Source of the DNA: Neoconidiobolus thromboides FSU 785
Taxonomy: Eukaryota; Fungi; Entomophthoromycota
Length of the DNA stretch: 64,000 nucleotides
Reading direction: 5' to 3'
NCBI GenBank assembly: GCA_025603075.1
Contig: MU626275.1
Location: forward strand, 1-64,000
A model generated the notes under the pieces. The model ran no database searches. It was not told where the DNA came from and saw only the letters and a list, made by a program, of their open reading frames with translations. This document shows, one piece after another, positions 25,055-40,106 of the stretch. A program made the translations under genes and the position numbers. The stretch's first letter is position 1. Every line of letters begins with the position of its first letter.

Positions 25055-25773
25055 GAAAAAGAATGATGATTTTTTTAAATTGTTGATGACGCTTAATGAG
25101 TTCGTTTAAAGTTTATTGTCTACCTTCTTTTCTTTCTCTATTTCCCAATTTTCTTCTTTTTAATATTAATCTACTTTTCTATAACTTAGATTTTTTAAAA
25201 GCGTTTACTATTGCACTTTTAATAAAAAGTAATTTTTTATTTTCTTATGTGGAAAAGTTTAATCAACTTTCTATTATACTATAAAGGCATTACAATTATA
25301 TATTAAAAGGTAATAATAATAAATATATTTAAATCAACGATTTGATGTAAAGACTAAATATAGTGTTGTTTTTATTAATATGTACTAATTTATAAATGTA
25401 TCAAATAAAATAAGAACACAAAACTACGAGATGATCAAAGTGGATTTATTAATTAGATATACTAAAGTAATTAGATTATCGATTGTGCTTATATAACAGA
25501 TAAAGAAAATAATAAAATACACTTTAAGTCATTTATAGAAAGTATTAAAAAAGGTATCCTATAAAAATAGTTCAATTGAAATAAACAAGGTTTCGTAAAT
25601 TATATAATAATATTGAATCAATTGTTTCATTCAAAACACGAATTATAGATATTAATGACAATAATAGAAATCATAAAAAAACACATAAATTAGATCGTTT
25701 CATCTCAATTTAATCTACTTTTAATAAATAGCTTCAAACATAATCTGCATCACCATAATCTTTCATCAAAAAC

Positions 25774-26078
25774 TTATTTTTTAGGTTCTCTTACAATTTG
25801 AAATTTATCATGTTCATTTAATACTTTTTGTTGTTTACCATTAATAACTAACAAAATAAAAATTCATTAGTTAAAACCATTCTTTGACAAAATTAATAAA
25901 TTGAATTTACTTCGTTGATAAAGTTCATAAGAGGTTACCATTACTAAAGGTGTAACAACAATAATTGTCAACCATCTATATAAATTAAGGGTTTTATTAT
26001 ATTGGAGTGGATAAAAGGTTGTGAGATAAATTACGCTTTGCCTTGTTTTCCTAATGAAGTGATACCAAAGTTGGTCAT
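25774..26078 (-). CDS. 60-aa single-pass membrane micro-protein, 3 exons (MTNFGITSLGKQGKAWLTIIVVTPLVMVTSYELYQRIINGKQQKVLNEHDKFQIVREPKK)
   Basis: Exons 26078-26035, 25975-25911 and 25847-25774 joined by GT-AG introns of 59 and 63 nt keep one frame; one hydrophobic segment. Confidence 0.7.
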
Positions 26079-26224
26079 TTTATAATAATAATAATTATAA
26101 TTAAAAATTAAATCAAGTTTATCTTAATCTTAAGTTTAATTAATCATCAAAGTTCATTTTAATTGGTTTAACTGGAAATTTAAAAACTAGATATCTTCAA
26201 TATTAAAAAACGTTATAAATATAA

Positions 26225-26848
26225 TTAATCTTTATTAAAAATCATTTTCCTATAAAACTTTAACTCTTCAATACTTTCCAAGATATCATCTAAAGCTCTG
26301 TGATTTAATTTTTTCTTTGGTGCCATAGCAGATTTTTCTGGTAGCCATCGACTAGTTAATTCCTTAACAACACTAACATCTAAATAAATATGTATATTAA
26401 AAATCCTATCATGAAAAAAGATATTCAAAGTCTCTATAACTAGTTTACCTATGATCCTATAATGTAAAAAGTCAATAATCTTTGGCATATATTTAATTAA
26501 AAAAAATTTATCCATATGAACTGAATTTCCTGCTAATAAAGCAACTTTCTCTTTTTTAATATGCTTCTTCAGAAACTCTGTAATAACTTCCTCAGCTTTA
26601 GCTTCTGTAATAGTAGATTGTAATACTTTCTCTGTTAATCCAGATTCTTTATGATGTGTGGTACACCATTCGTCCATGTTATCTAATAAAGATTTTTCTT
26701 GTTTGATGATCAAATTTGGCCCTTCGATAGTTTGAGTTAAATTATCATCTGTTATAATAACACTTATTTCTAATAATTTATCTGTTTCAATATTTAATCC
26801 ACTCATCTCACAATCAATCCATACTAAAGGGTCATTGATTTCCGTCAT
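26225..26848 (-). CDS. REX2: Oligoribonuclease (DEDDh exonuclease), 2 exons
   Basis: LVWIDCEMSGL, WCTTHHKESGL, LAGNSVHMD, HYRII|DVS and HRALDDILESIEELKFYR; a 69-nt intron at 26380-26448 is read through in the ORF track. Confidence 0.95.
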   Translation of the reverse strand: MTEINDPLVWIDCEMSGLNIETDKLLEISVIITDDNLTQTIEGPNLIIKQEKSLLDNMDEWCTTHHKESGLTEKVLQSTITEAKAEEVITEFLKKHIKKEKVALLAGNSVHMDKFFLIKYMPKIIDFLHYRIIGKLVIETLNIFFHDRIFNIHIYLDVSVVKELTSRWLPEKSAMAPKKKLNHRALDDILESIEELKFYRKMIFNKD

Positions 26849-27002
26849 TTTTCAAAAAAGTCAATTTTTCAGTTTTATTATGGATTTTTAAGCAAAAATT
26901 TAAGTTAGCACTTTTTAGTTTGAACTAAAAATCTTATTTCAATACTAAAATGTAAACATTGCCATTCTGTTTTATTTTGCCTATTATCTTTTTTTAGTAT
27001 AT

Positions 27003-27098
27003 GGGAGTGTTTTTGACTTCATTATTTTTTCCATTTTTTAAGCGCTATTTAAGCGGAAAATTTGCTAGTAAAATTTTTAAACACAAAAATACATCCCC
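27003..27098 (-). mobile_element. ~97-bp MITE copy in the REX2/RPN1 divergent promoter
   Basis: Near-consensus copy; ATAT on both flanks. Confidence 0.92.
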
Positions 27099-27400
27099 AT
27101 ATTATTATTCAAAACTTCACGTATTTATATCAATAAAAATAATCAATGTCCTATACATTAACATTTAATATCTATAATATTACTTCCTATTAGCTAAAAG
27201 TTTTAAACCATTCTTTACTAATGTATGAAAAAGCACTAAAAAATCTTCCAACCAATTAAATTAATAAAACTTCAAAGACATTCCCTTTAAACGAATCAAA
27301 TTATGGGACTAGCTTTAAGCAATTGAATGATTACGTATTTTCCAAGTTGTTAAGTGAAATAAAACCAAGCATTAAGTTGTTTTTTAAGTAAAAATACAAA

Positions 27401-30400
27401 ATGACATTAAAAGAAAGTGAGATCAAGGAGACTAACGCTAAGTCAAAAAATGACTCTAAAAAAGAAGTTAAAGAAGAAGTAGATGAATTAAGTGAAGAAG
27501 ATCAAGAATTATTAGATTCTTTAACCAAAATAGTGGAAACTTTAGAAACTGGGAACGATAGTGAACATGAAGCTAGTTTACAAGAGTTACATAAAATCAT
27601 CAAAACTAGTACCAGTTCAATGACTTCAGTACCTAAACCATTAAAGTTTTTAATTCGTTTTTTTGTGCGCTTAGAAGAAGTTTATGAAAATTGGTTAGAA
27701 GACGATAGTAATAGAAAGGTTTTATTGGCAGATGTATTATCTATTATTGGGATGTCTTATGGAAAGCAAGACGATAGGATAGCTTTAAAATATCGTTTAT
27801 TAGGTTCAGAAGAAGATATTATTTCTTGGGGTCATGAATATATTCGTACTTTAGCTTTGGAAATTGGTCAAGACTTAGGGAAAATTAAAGATACATTTAC
27901 AGACTATGATGAAATTCAAAACCATCATAAAAGATTATATCAATTAACTAAACAAATTGTTCCTTTCTTTTTAAAACATAATGCTGAAGCTGATGCTGTG
28001 GATTTATTAATTGAATCGGAATATATTAGAGATATTATTGATTTAGTAGATGAAGAAAATTTTAAAAGAGTTTGTCTATATATGAATAGGTAGTATTATA
28101 TTTTTAAATAATTTTTAAATTTTTTTAATCATAATTATTATAGTTGTGCTAGTTATTATCAACCCCATGAAAGGACCGAAGTTTTAAAAACTATTTGTGC
28201 TATTTATTTAAAATTCAAAGACTATCCAAATGCAATGATATTTGCTATTAAATTAGATTCTTATGAATTAATGGAAGAAGCATTTTTAAGTTCAGCCGAG
28301 GATAAGTAAATAACAATGTGAACTGTAATAATAAGTTAATATTAATACGTTTAAATTATAGAGCTGTACAAAAGCAAGTTAGTTATATTTTAGCACGTCA
28401 ATTTAAAGCTATCGATACTGATGATGAAAGGATGATTAGTATCATTACTAATACCTTATTGCATCAAAATTTTGAATATATGGCAGACAAATTAGATTTT
28501 AAAGAACCTAAATTACCTAAAGATATTTATAAGGTACATTTGGAAAATCATCGTGGTGGTTATGGTGGCTCTAACCTAGATTCTGCTCAATTTAATTTAG
28601 CTTCTTCTTTTGTTAATGGTTTTGTTAATGCTGGTTTCTCCAATGACAAATTAGTAGTCAATCCATCAGAACAAGATGACGATTGGATTCATAGAAATAA
28701 AGATGATGGTAAGATTATTTAATATACTATACCTCGTTATAATAGATAATGTAATTAATTCACTGTTTTTTAGGTAAATTAAGTGCAACTGCTTCTATTG
28801 GTTTAATTTTACTTTGGAATACGGATGAAGCTTTTGCTACTATTGATAGATACACTTATTCCGATGATCCTTATATTAAAGTAAGTATTTGATTATAATA
28901 TTTATTACTAATCATAGTATTAATGTATTATTATAAATAGGCAGGTGCTTTCTTAGGTATGGGGATGGCATGTAATCGACTTAGACTTGAGTCAGATCCA
29001 GCACTTGCTCTTTTAGGTGAACATGTTAATTCAAATGATTTTTATTTAAGAATGGCTTGTATTATGGGGTAATTTGAATAACAATGATATATTATATCAT
29101 ATTAATATATTGTCATCTAGTCTTGGTTTAGCATATACTGGTTCTGATAACCCTGGATTAACTGAATTATTGAGTCCTTTAGTAAATGATCCAAATAGTG
29201 ATATAACTGTTGCCTCATTAGCTGCCTTGTCTTTAGGTTTAAATAATGTTGGACAATGCCATAATGATGATGTTACTGGACCCATTTTACAAACTTTAAT
29301 GGAAAGACCAGCTGAAGACTTAGATTCTCCATTTTGTCGTTTTATGGGACTTGGATTAGCCTTAGCTTTCTTGGGTAAACCCGAAAAAATTGAATCCATT
29401 TGTGAAACCATTCGTGCAATTTCTCATCCAGTCGGTAACGCTTTCCTTAATTTACTTAATGCTTGTGCTTATGCAGGTAGGTTAATTATTTTGATATTTG
29501 CATACTATTCGATACTAACATAATATCATAGGCACTGGTGATGTAGATATTATTCAAAGTTTATTGAATGAATGTAATGAACATATTGATCCTAAAAAAG
29601 ATAGTGATCTTCATCAAGTATTTGCTGTATTAGGTATGGCTTTAGTAGCTTTAGGTGAAGATATTGGCTCTGAAATGGTATTAAGAATCTTTGGTCATTT
29701 GGTAATTACTATATTATATTATATTAACATAGTAAATAACTTATCTATAATAGATGCATTATGGAGAACCTGTAATCCGTCGTACTGTACCATTAGCCCT
29801 TGGACTTTTATGTGCTTCTAATCCAAAGCTTAATGTCTTAGATAATTTAAGTAAATATTCTCATGATAATGACTTGGATGTTGCCCTCAATGCTATATTT
29901 GCTATGGGATTAGTAGGTGCAGGTACCAATAATGCTCGTATTGCTCAAATGTTACGTCAATTAGCTGTCTATTATGCTAAAGAAAATAATTGCCTATTTA
30001 TGGTTCGTATTGCTCAGGTAAGTTTTGTTAATCATTAGTATTGTGGAAGGGGTATTTAACTTTTGATTTCAATATATAGGGCTTGGTTTATATGGGTAAA
30101 GGAACGATGAGTCTTCATCCATTCCATACGGATCGTAATATCTTATCTTCTAATGCTTTAACTGGTTTATTAGCCTGTTTACTTGCTTTTACCGATTCCA
30201 AAAATTTAATACTAGATCAAGCAAAACATTTCTTATATTATTTAGTGACTGCCATGTATCCAAGATTTTTGATTACAGTTGATGAAGAAGGAGAACATAT
30301 TGAAACTACAGTAAGAGTTGGACAAGCAGTTGATACCGTTGGACAAGCAGGTAATCCAAAAACTATAACTGGGTTTCAAACACATGAAACACCAGTTTTA

Positions 30401-30526
30401 TTATCGTATGGTGAAAGAGCTGAATTGGCTACAGATGAATATATTCCAGTTAAAAGTATACTTGAAGGTGTCGTTATCTTAAAGAAAAATCCAAATTTCA
30501 TACCTGAAGTTAAAGCGGAGAAATAA
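27401..30526 (+). CDS. RPN1: 26S proteasome regulatory subunit Rpn1/PSMD2, about 9 exons
   Basis: [68 protein letters not shown] and [16 protein letters not shown] across consecutive exons. Confidence 0.96.
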
Positions 30527-32451
30527 AAAAGGGCTAATATGATTGATGAGTAAGGGATTATAAATTTAATTTTTAAAGAAATTAAAATAAATGAAAAATT
30601 GAGAAAGCTTATTGTTTTTAGTATAGCTTTTTTTGAATAAATGATCATTTATTAACTATATTAATAGCAATATTTAAAATTTTGATTAATTATATCTACA
30701 AAGGTGATTGATTATAAAGAGTATTTATATTTGTTATAAGCTTTAAAAATAATTAAGAAATAAATAGCAAAACAAAATGCTCTGTTATTTAGAATTTTAA
30801 TTTGAATGTTAGATTTTTTGGGCAAATACAAGATGGTAGAGGTATAGTACTGGCTTTGTGAAACATTTTTACTGCTCAATTATTTTACATTTGAACTATA
30901 AAATAGTTTGATGTTGCAACCAGTAATGTTTGCTATTAAGTAATAAATCAAAAACTTATATTAAATGATTTCAATTTTAGTTTCAATAAATAGTATTAAA
31001 TAAAGTTATATTTGGCACTATAGCCTCTAATATTTCACTATTTTGCTTCAGAACTTTAAAAAGAGATTTGTACATATTTTAATTTTGGAGAAGTATAACT
31101 CCCAAAAGTGTCTTGCCAGAACAGGTTATAGTTAGATGACTTTTGTTATTTTTAATTTGCACTTGACTTTTTTTAAAATGAACTTGGTGCCTATATCAAG
31201 TTTTAAAGTTGCTAAATTCATATTAAAAAAAGTTAAGCGCAAATTAAAAATAAAAGTCATCATCGTACTGTGCAATTTACCTAGTGTAAGGAAATCTTTT
31301 TAAAAATTAAAGTCTTTATTTAAATAAATCAGATCACATGTAGTAATTAGCAAAAGTTTAAAAATAAATGTAATTTTCATATGTCTATCTTTTACAGTTC
31401 TTAAACATTACATCCTAAATTACAAACTTTAATCATAAATTAATATTTTACTATCAACATCATAATGGAACCTCTAGCGCTTTCAAGCTATTGAATCTCA
31501 ATATTATCTTTATCTATTTTTAAATCTAATTTAAAAATTAAAGGTTTAATTTTTGGATTAAACATAACCAATAATGAGTAACTTTTTTAAATATAAGATA
31601 TCAGTTTACTTTAATTAGTTAGATTACTAATGAATATATTATATTCGATTGCTTAATTTTGGTTTTCATATAGTATAATAGATAACATTGTAAGCTTAAC
31701 ATACGAAAGACAAAATGCTCAAAATTTTTTGAAAACATTTTCTAGATACAATACTATTTAAGTATAAAATAAAGAACTTTAATTTATTAAAGATCAATAA
31801 CAATGTTTATAGATTGTTTTATAAATAGTAAATTATATTGAAGTATATGATAATGTTAATATACCGAACATGAATCAACCTAAGATTTATTTATAGAATT
31901 TTATTTTTTATTCAAAAATTAAATTAAGCTTATCTATTCTAACAATAAACTAATAGTTTGAGATAAGCAAAAGTATACTTTTGTTCAAGTTATTGGATAA
32001 ATTTTAATTGCGGTCTAATTTTTCTTTATTCTATATTAATAAATTTCAGTTAAATAAAACTCAAAGTTATTTTTAATATTTATTCTAACAAATTTAATCC
32101 TATTTTTAAATTCTTATTCTATTGGTGATAACTCGATACGTTTTGTTAATTTTTTTAATTTTCTCTGATCTTTATAGAGTGAAGTGGCTTTTAATTGGTT
32201 CTGTTTTACAATCCACCAACAGAAGATTGATAAGAAGGCAATGACGTCGACTTAGTTTCAGGGGAGAAAAGGAGATTTTAGAATTCCATGTGTGAATATT
32301 AAAACACTATAAATAGCAATTCAAACAAATCATAATCCATATTCAATTTTCATTCACTTGTACTAGTTTAGAACTTCTAAAATCAATAGTATAAATACCA
32401 TTACATTCTCCATTTTAAAATCTTTTTTCTTACAAAACTAAAACTAACTAA

Positions 32452-34615
<2,164 letters not shown>

Positions 34616-35472
34616 TTTTGTGCTTAATTTATCCTTATTTTATTACTTTTGAGATTGAATTTATAAACTATTTTAAATAAATAAACTTTTAATAGTTAAC
34701 TGTCACTTATGTTTTATTATAAGTATAAAAATGTCTTTTTCATTATCATTCTGTTCATACTAACAGCACAATTATAAAAGCTATTATGATATTGTTGTCT
34801 GAAAGACATACTCATAGATCACCTCTATATTAATTTAAATGTGAGTTTTATAATTTTATAGTTTTATAGTTTTAGCTATTTGTTGGCTTATAGTCAAGAC
34901 TTTATTAATTATATCACAACATTTAATTTACGAAACTATCAAATTATGTAAGAAAGTTCATGTTTAAATTAATTTTAGTGTCTTGATGATTTTCTATGAA
35001 AAGGGGATTTTGATTTCCAATAAGAAAGATTAAAAAAAAGACAATTTGGTAAAAAAAACTTCTGATTTCATTCATTCATTTTTATGCAGCGTAATTTAAT
35101 TTTCTCATAAGTGTTGGGACAAAAAGACATTTGCATACAAAATAGACTATTACTATTTTATTGCACATTTTTACAATAAATTGTCACAACCAGACAAATG
35201 ATGGGATACTGTTAATGTTATATATAAGTGATTCTAGAATTCTAGGATACTTTCTAAGGTTTTACTCCTCATTAAACTATTTATTAGTTTTTTAGAGGAT
35301 TCAACCCAATCATAAATTTATTAGGTTAAACTACATAATAATGTGTTAAAGCTAAAATCAATGATGAGGTTAACTAAATGGTACTAAATTTAATAGTATC
35401 TCAAATTAAATCAAATCATACAAATCAAATAAAAATGAAAAATTAGCTAATTTTAATAACAATTATAAAAAA

Positions 35473-36270
35473 TTAAATACTGCTTGTGTCTGAAGATCTT
35501 GAAGAAAGCATAGAAATGGATTGGGCACCAAAACTCAATTCTAATCTTTCACGAGTATAAAAATACTCACTGCCAATTTCTTCAGTATCTTCATCCAAAT
35601 CACTAGGATCCCCACCGATTAAAGCATAGATTTCCCTTAAGCTAGGGAAATGTGCCATTTTTTTTGGTCGAAAATCATAAATCATTCGACCTTCCGGATC
35701 AATAACAAAGGTACCACCAAGCTGACGTAAATCACCAGTAAGGTTATTAGGGACCCCTTTCAGTTTTAAACGTAGCAGTATTTTCATAAAGTACTTGGAC
35801 ATCATACAGGACATTTGATATAACCTAGTGATCCTCGTTAATCCAGCAGCTTTATAAACTTTTCTTTCTGGATCTAAATAAATATCCCATCGCCAATATC
35901 CTAACGATAAAAAAGAGTGTAAATCCACATCTTCAAACGCTATAGCTATCAGACGCACATCATGCTCCTCAAATAAAGGTTGCATATCTGACATCATTTT
36001 AGCTTCTTGTTTACATAAACAGCAACCTAACCTTGATAACACTTTAATAATTACTGTTTGTCCTTTCCATATGTCACTCATTAATACATCTTCTCCATGA
36101 ATCGTTTTTATTTTCAAGCCCTCGAATAGGTTTCTTTTGGCTACTTTCGTTTTAAATTTGTAGTACGATGCTATCTCTCTTATTGATCGTGAACAGTCAA
36201 GTACCTCATAGTTAGTTAATATTGGTGTGCTTGGATAGCTGTAGCATAGGCAATGAGTGCTTTCGGACAT
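35473..36270 (-). CDS. SelU/PRXL2-like oxidoreductase, paralogue 2 (265 aa)
   Basis: RLGCCLCKQEA (RxxGCxxC as in PRXL2A/SelU) and GDLRQLGGTFVI; intronless. Confidence 0.88.
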   Translation of the reverse strand: MSESTHCLCYSYPSTPILTNYEVLDCSRSIREIASYYKFKTKVAKRNLFEGLKIKTIHGEDVLMSDIWKGQTVIIKVLSRLGCCLCKQEAKMMSDMQPLFEEHDVRLIAIAFEDVDLHSFLSLGYWRWDIYLDPERKVYKAAGLTRITRLYQMSCMMSKYFMKILLRLKLKGVPNNLTGDLRQLGGTFVIDPEGRMIYDFRPKKMAHFPSLREIYALIGGDPSDLDEDTEEIGSEYFYTRERLELSFGAQSISMLSSRSSDTSSI

Positions 36271-36949
36271 TAGTTAGTATATTAGGTAGATTAAATAGGA
36301 TAATTTTTTTGAAATAAGAAAGGTATTAAAGGGTTGTTTAAATAGGATTAAATTATGGCAAATATCAATTATAAAGGTATGAAATATTGGGATTCCAGTC
36401 TAAAAATTTGTTGTAAATTAGTAAACTTTAACTTCTTAATTTGGATGAAATTGCATTTTGCACGAAATTCTTATTTATAAAAATAGTAATAGTTTAAATT
36501 TTATATTAAATTTTCATATAAATATTATTTTTTTCCACTTATTTATTTATCATTAATATTACTTACGGTGTTGATCTTAATCTATTTATAGTGAATTTTT
36601 AAAGGTACAGTTTTAGCTTAAGTGTTAACATTTTAACTAGTTGAAATGTAATTATAATACAGTTATTAATTAATTTAAAGGCTCATCGAATACATTGATA
36701 TAACGCTTTAATAATCAGGATGGTCTTATTTCTATACCACTTTTGTAGAATAGAGATATAATCTAAAAATGTTTATGGTTTTATAAAATGTGATCTATTA
36801 AAAGAATTCATACAATTAAATCAGCATTGAAGGTTTTATATTAATTTGTATAATTACGGAACATCATACTATATTAAAATAAATGATTTTTTTAATATAT
36901 TTGATGAAAATAATATTAAATTTCTATTATACAATTTACTCATTTAAAT

Positions 36950-37660
36950 AAGTAAATCTTCAACTCCAAAAGCCTTTTTTGAAAGTCAACTCCTCTTAAA
37001 AACTCCTAATTCATTTAAAATTTTCCGCTTCCTTCATTCATGTTTATGTAATAAAATATTGCCTTTTATTTTTGGTTTTATAATTTCAAATGCTAATGAT
37101 TATTGTTTATTAAAAAATTTAAACAACTAAACTTTCAAACTATCAATTTTTATTATCCTTTCGAGATTTGGTTATATAGCCTTTTCTCCCTTTCTACTAT
37201 TGGTGAATTTAAAGCTAAATAAATATAATATTTTCAATCCAATTCAACAGATGAGTTACTAATCTACTGACTTGTCTAATACTCTACTGCCCTCCATCTT
37301 TAGATCTTTATAAGTACTAAAATAGGTTACTCAAATGTATTAAGTTTCTCCCTTTTTTGGGTTTTACTGAACCATTTTTAAGATTTTCTCATTGACTTAC
37401 ATTGACAAAAATCCTCATGCTTTGCATAGCATTCGGGGTTATAAACGATGGGTTTACAGCTTCTAGTTTAATCCGACGGAACTATATTTCCTCATTTAAT
37501 CCCAACTTTTTCACCGCCCAGTAGGAAACCCCCTGAAGACCAGAAGCAACTTGTACCTCACTTTGCATCTTAATATCCCTTAAAGGTAAAAATCAATTGA
37601 TTCAGTTTCTTCTCTTTCATGAAAGCTCCATTGACGGTTTGTCTCTTAAATTGAGTGACT
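36950..37660 (-). pseudogene. Decayed ORF relic of unknown origin
   Basis: GC-richer stretch with protein-like runs broken by stops (CKPIVYNPECYAKHEDFCQC; HKHE*RKRKILNELGVFKRS*); no family recognised. Confidence 0.3.
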
Positions 37661-37674
37661 CAAGTATTAAATTT

Positions 37675-37773
37675 AGGGTCGTTTTTTTTGACTCTATGAG
37701 TTTTTCCATTTTTTAAGCGCTATTTGAGCGAAAAGGTTGTTGGTAAAATTCTCAAACAAAAAGATTTATCCCT
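37675..37773 (-). mobile_element. ~97-bp MITE copy
   Basis: Diverged copy; direct repeat ATTT on both flanks. Confidence 0.82.
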
Positions 37774-38279
37774 ATTTTTTAGTGTATCTAGTAAAGCACT
37801 TCGGGTGTAAGCATTTCAATAAGGAAAAATAGATCTTTTGTTTGGTTGTTCTAAGTGGATTTTACACTGTAAGCATTTATGATTTGAGAAATTCTTTAAT
37901 AATTTATATTATAATTATGGCTGTTAAATTTCAATTGTGCACCAACTAGTATTTACTTAAAGTAAATAATTTGTGTATTATTGGTTTTTATAGCTCAATT
38001 CTCGATTTTTTATTTTGGAGTGAGCATTTGGACATTGTACAATTAAAATTTAACAGTTGTATAGCTGTAATAGAAAACAAAATGAAAAATAAATAAAAAT
38101 TAGGATATTCAAATATATTAAGCTTGCTTTAATAAATTAGCATACTAAGTTAACACGCTAAACCCCAATAATTTCAGTACCTCAAAAACACCGTATTTAA
38201 GTATCATATAATAATTTGTTTTAACTTCATATTGTAAAGATAAACTTAATACTAATTTTATCGCATATTTTGTCGATTT

Positions 38280-38610
38280 TTTTGTTAACTTGATATCAAT
38301 TATTTTCATTTTATCTTGCTTTCTATTATCCCCTATTGTCGCCTATGATAATAAAGAGCTATATTATTTTATTACTCATACATTATCGCTTTGTATATTG
38401 GTAAGAAATTTTATAGTTTGCTAAAAATATTTCTTGCCTTAGTACTAAGTTATAACTCACCATCGTTATGTTATTTATATCAATGATTCAATACATTTGG
38501 TATCTCAATCTCATTATAATATTCAACAACAATAGCAATGATCTATTTCTTAGATATAAAGCGTCAATATGGAATTATGGAAATATTAAGGTATCCTTTA
38601 TTTATAATTA
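38280..38610 (+). pseudogene. Probable pseudogene of a multi-pass, GPCR-like membrane protein
   Basis: Intron 38401-38442 joins ..IIALYIV|LSYNSPSLCYLYQ*FNTFGISISL*YSTTIAMIYF, resembling TM3 of fungal Git3/cAMP-receptor-like GPCRs with stops where Trp would be expected. Confidence 0.4.
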
Positions 38611-40106
38611 TATTACTAGTATTTTAACAATAAGACTATTGGTTTTAATGGATAATAAAATCAACACTGGTGATAACTATGAGTACAAACCAAGGAATGC
38701 TATTATATATTAGGTTTTATTTTATGATTAATTAGGAGTATTTGTTTCAATAACTATTACATGAACCATGCATATAATTGTAGCTTATCACATGATAGAA
38801 AAAGAAGAAAATTATTAAAATTAACCTCATGCTTTTAATAGCAGAGGATCTGTACTAAAGTATTACATTCTTTCCAGATTGACTTTATATCCCTTGGTCT
38901 CTCTTCTTGCCTATTGTGTGATTGTTTTTCACTCCATTAGCCTATTTTTTAACATCTCAATCAGTCTTGATACCTAAAAAGCTTTATGCATTGTATCTAT
39001 TTTTTCTTGTTAAAACACAAGGGTTTATTACTTCTGTTTTATACCTTAATAATACTGCTTTATTAGAAGAGATAAATGTTATTGCTGATAAAATTTACAA
39101 CAATCCCTGTAAATTAATAAAATTTACATATCATACTAATTATATTCAGTAATAATTTTTTAAATAAACTTTACTCATTTTATGGCTTCCTCCCTCTTTA
39201 GAATCGTAAGCCTTTGATAATAATCAATTTCAAAGTTAATTTTTCTCACTAATTCACCAAAAATTATAACATAAAGGCATCTGACTCAAAGTACAAGCGT
39301 TTGTCCCCATGATGTAAACAGCTCATTCAGAGATGAGCTGACCATGATTCCGTAATAGTTGTATTCAGTTTTCAATACTATGAAGTCTACCCACATGTTT
39401 ATATTTTCAATTTTTTACCCCCTCCACTTTATCTTAAACCTTTTCTAAGCTCAAGAGGCTGAAATTTCAATATCTATCGTTTTAAATTAGGCTTATACTT
39501 TTTCTGATCCTATGTTAAATAAAATAATATAAGACGTTATTATGAAAATTAAAAAAAGAAAAAACAAGATAGCAAAATGTTCATTCCTCCATCGCTTGAA
39601 ATTGATATAAAGCACAGGTTCTTTACTTGTTTTATCATTAGGGCTTTATAGCAATTATATCTGCTGTTTGTCTATTCCAGTCTACATAATCAAAACTATA
39701 ATTTAAAGGATATTTTTTATCCTTAAAATCATAATTTCTTGATTTTAAATAAATTCTGCTTCTCATTCTGAAGAGATTTATCATTCATATATAAACTAAC
39801 ATCCCTTAAAGGGTCAAAACAATTTTTTATACTTTTTTATATAGCATGATCAATTACATGGTTCAATAATCTACCTAAACGGTTATTGACTATTAGAAAA
39901 AAAACATATAGAACTATAGGGGTAGTGGCTTAGTTATGCTCTTTATTTTCAATAATTTATCACTTATAGATTATTTAGGATTTTGGCTGGTTTAGGAGTT
40001 TTAAAAAAAATATTAGGTACTAATATAACTCATACGTAAAAAACCATAAAATATGTTCAGTATAAAAGATAGATAAGAGTATATTGAAGAATAAAAATAT
40101 AGAGAA

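Noticed and set aside
32242-32248. CRE-like TGACGTC upstream of GFA1 (also GTCACGTG near 809)
   Set aside because: Single short motifs with no conservation evidence available here.
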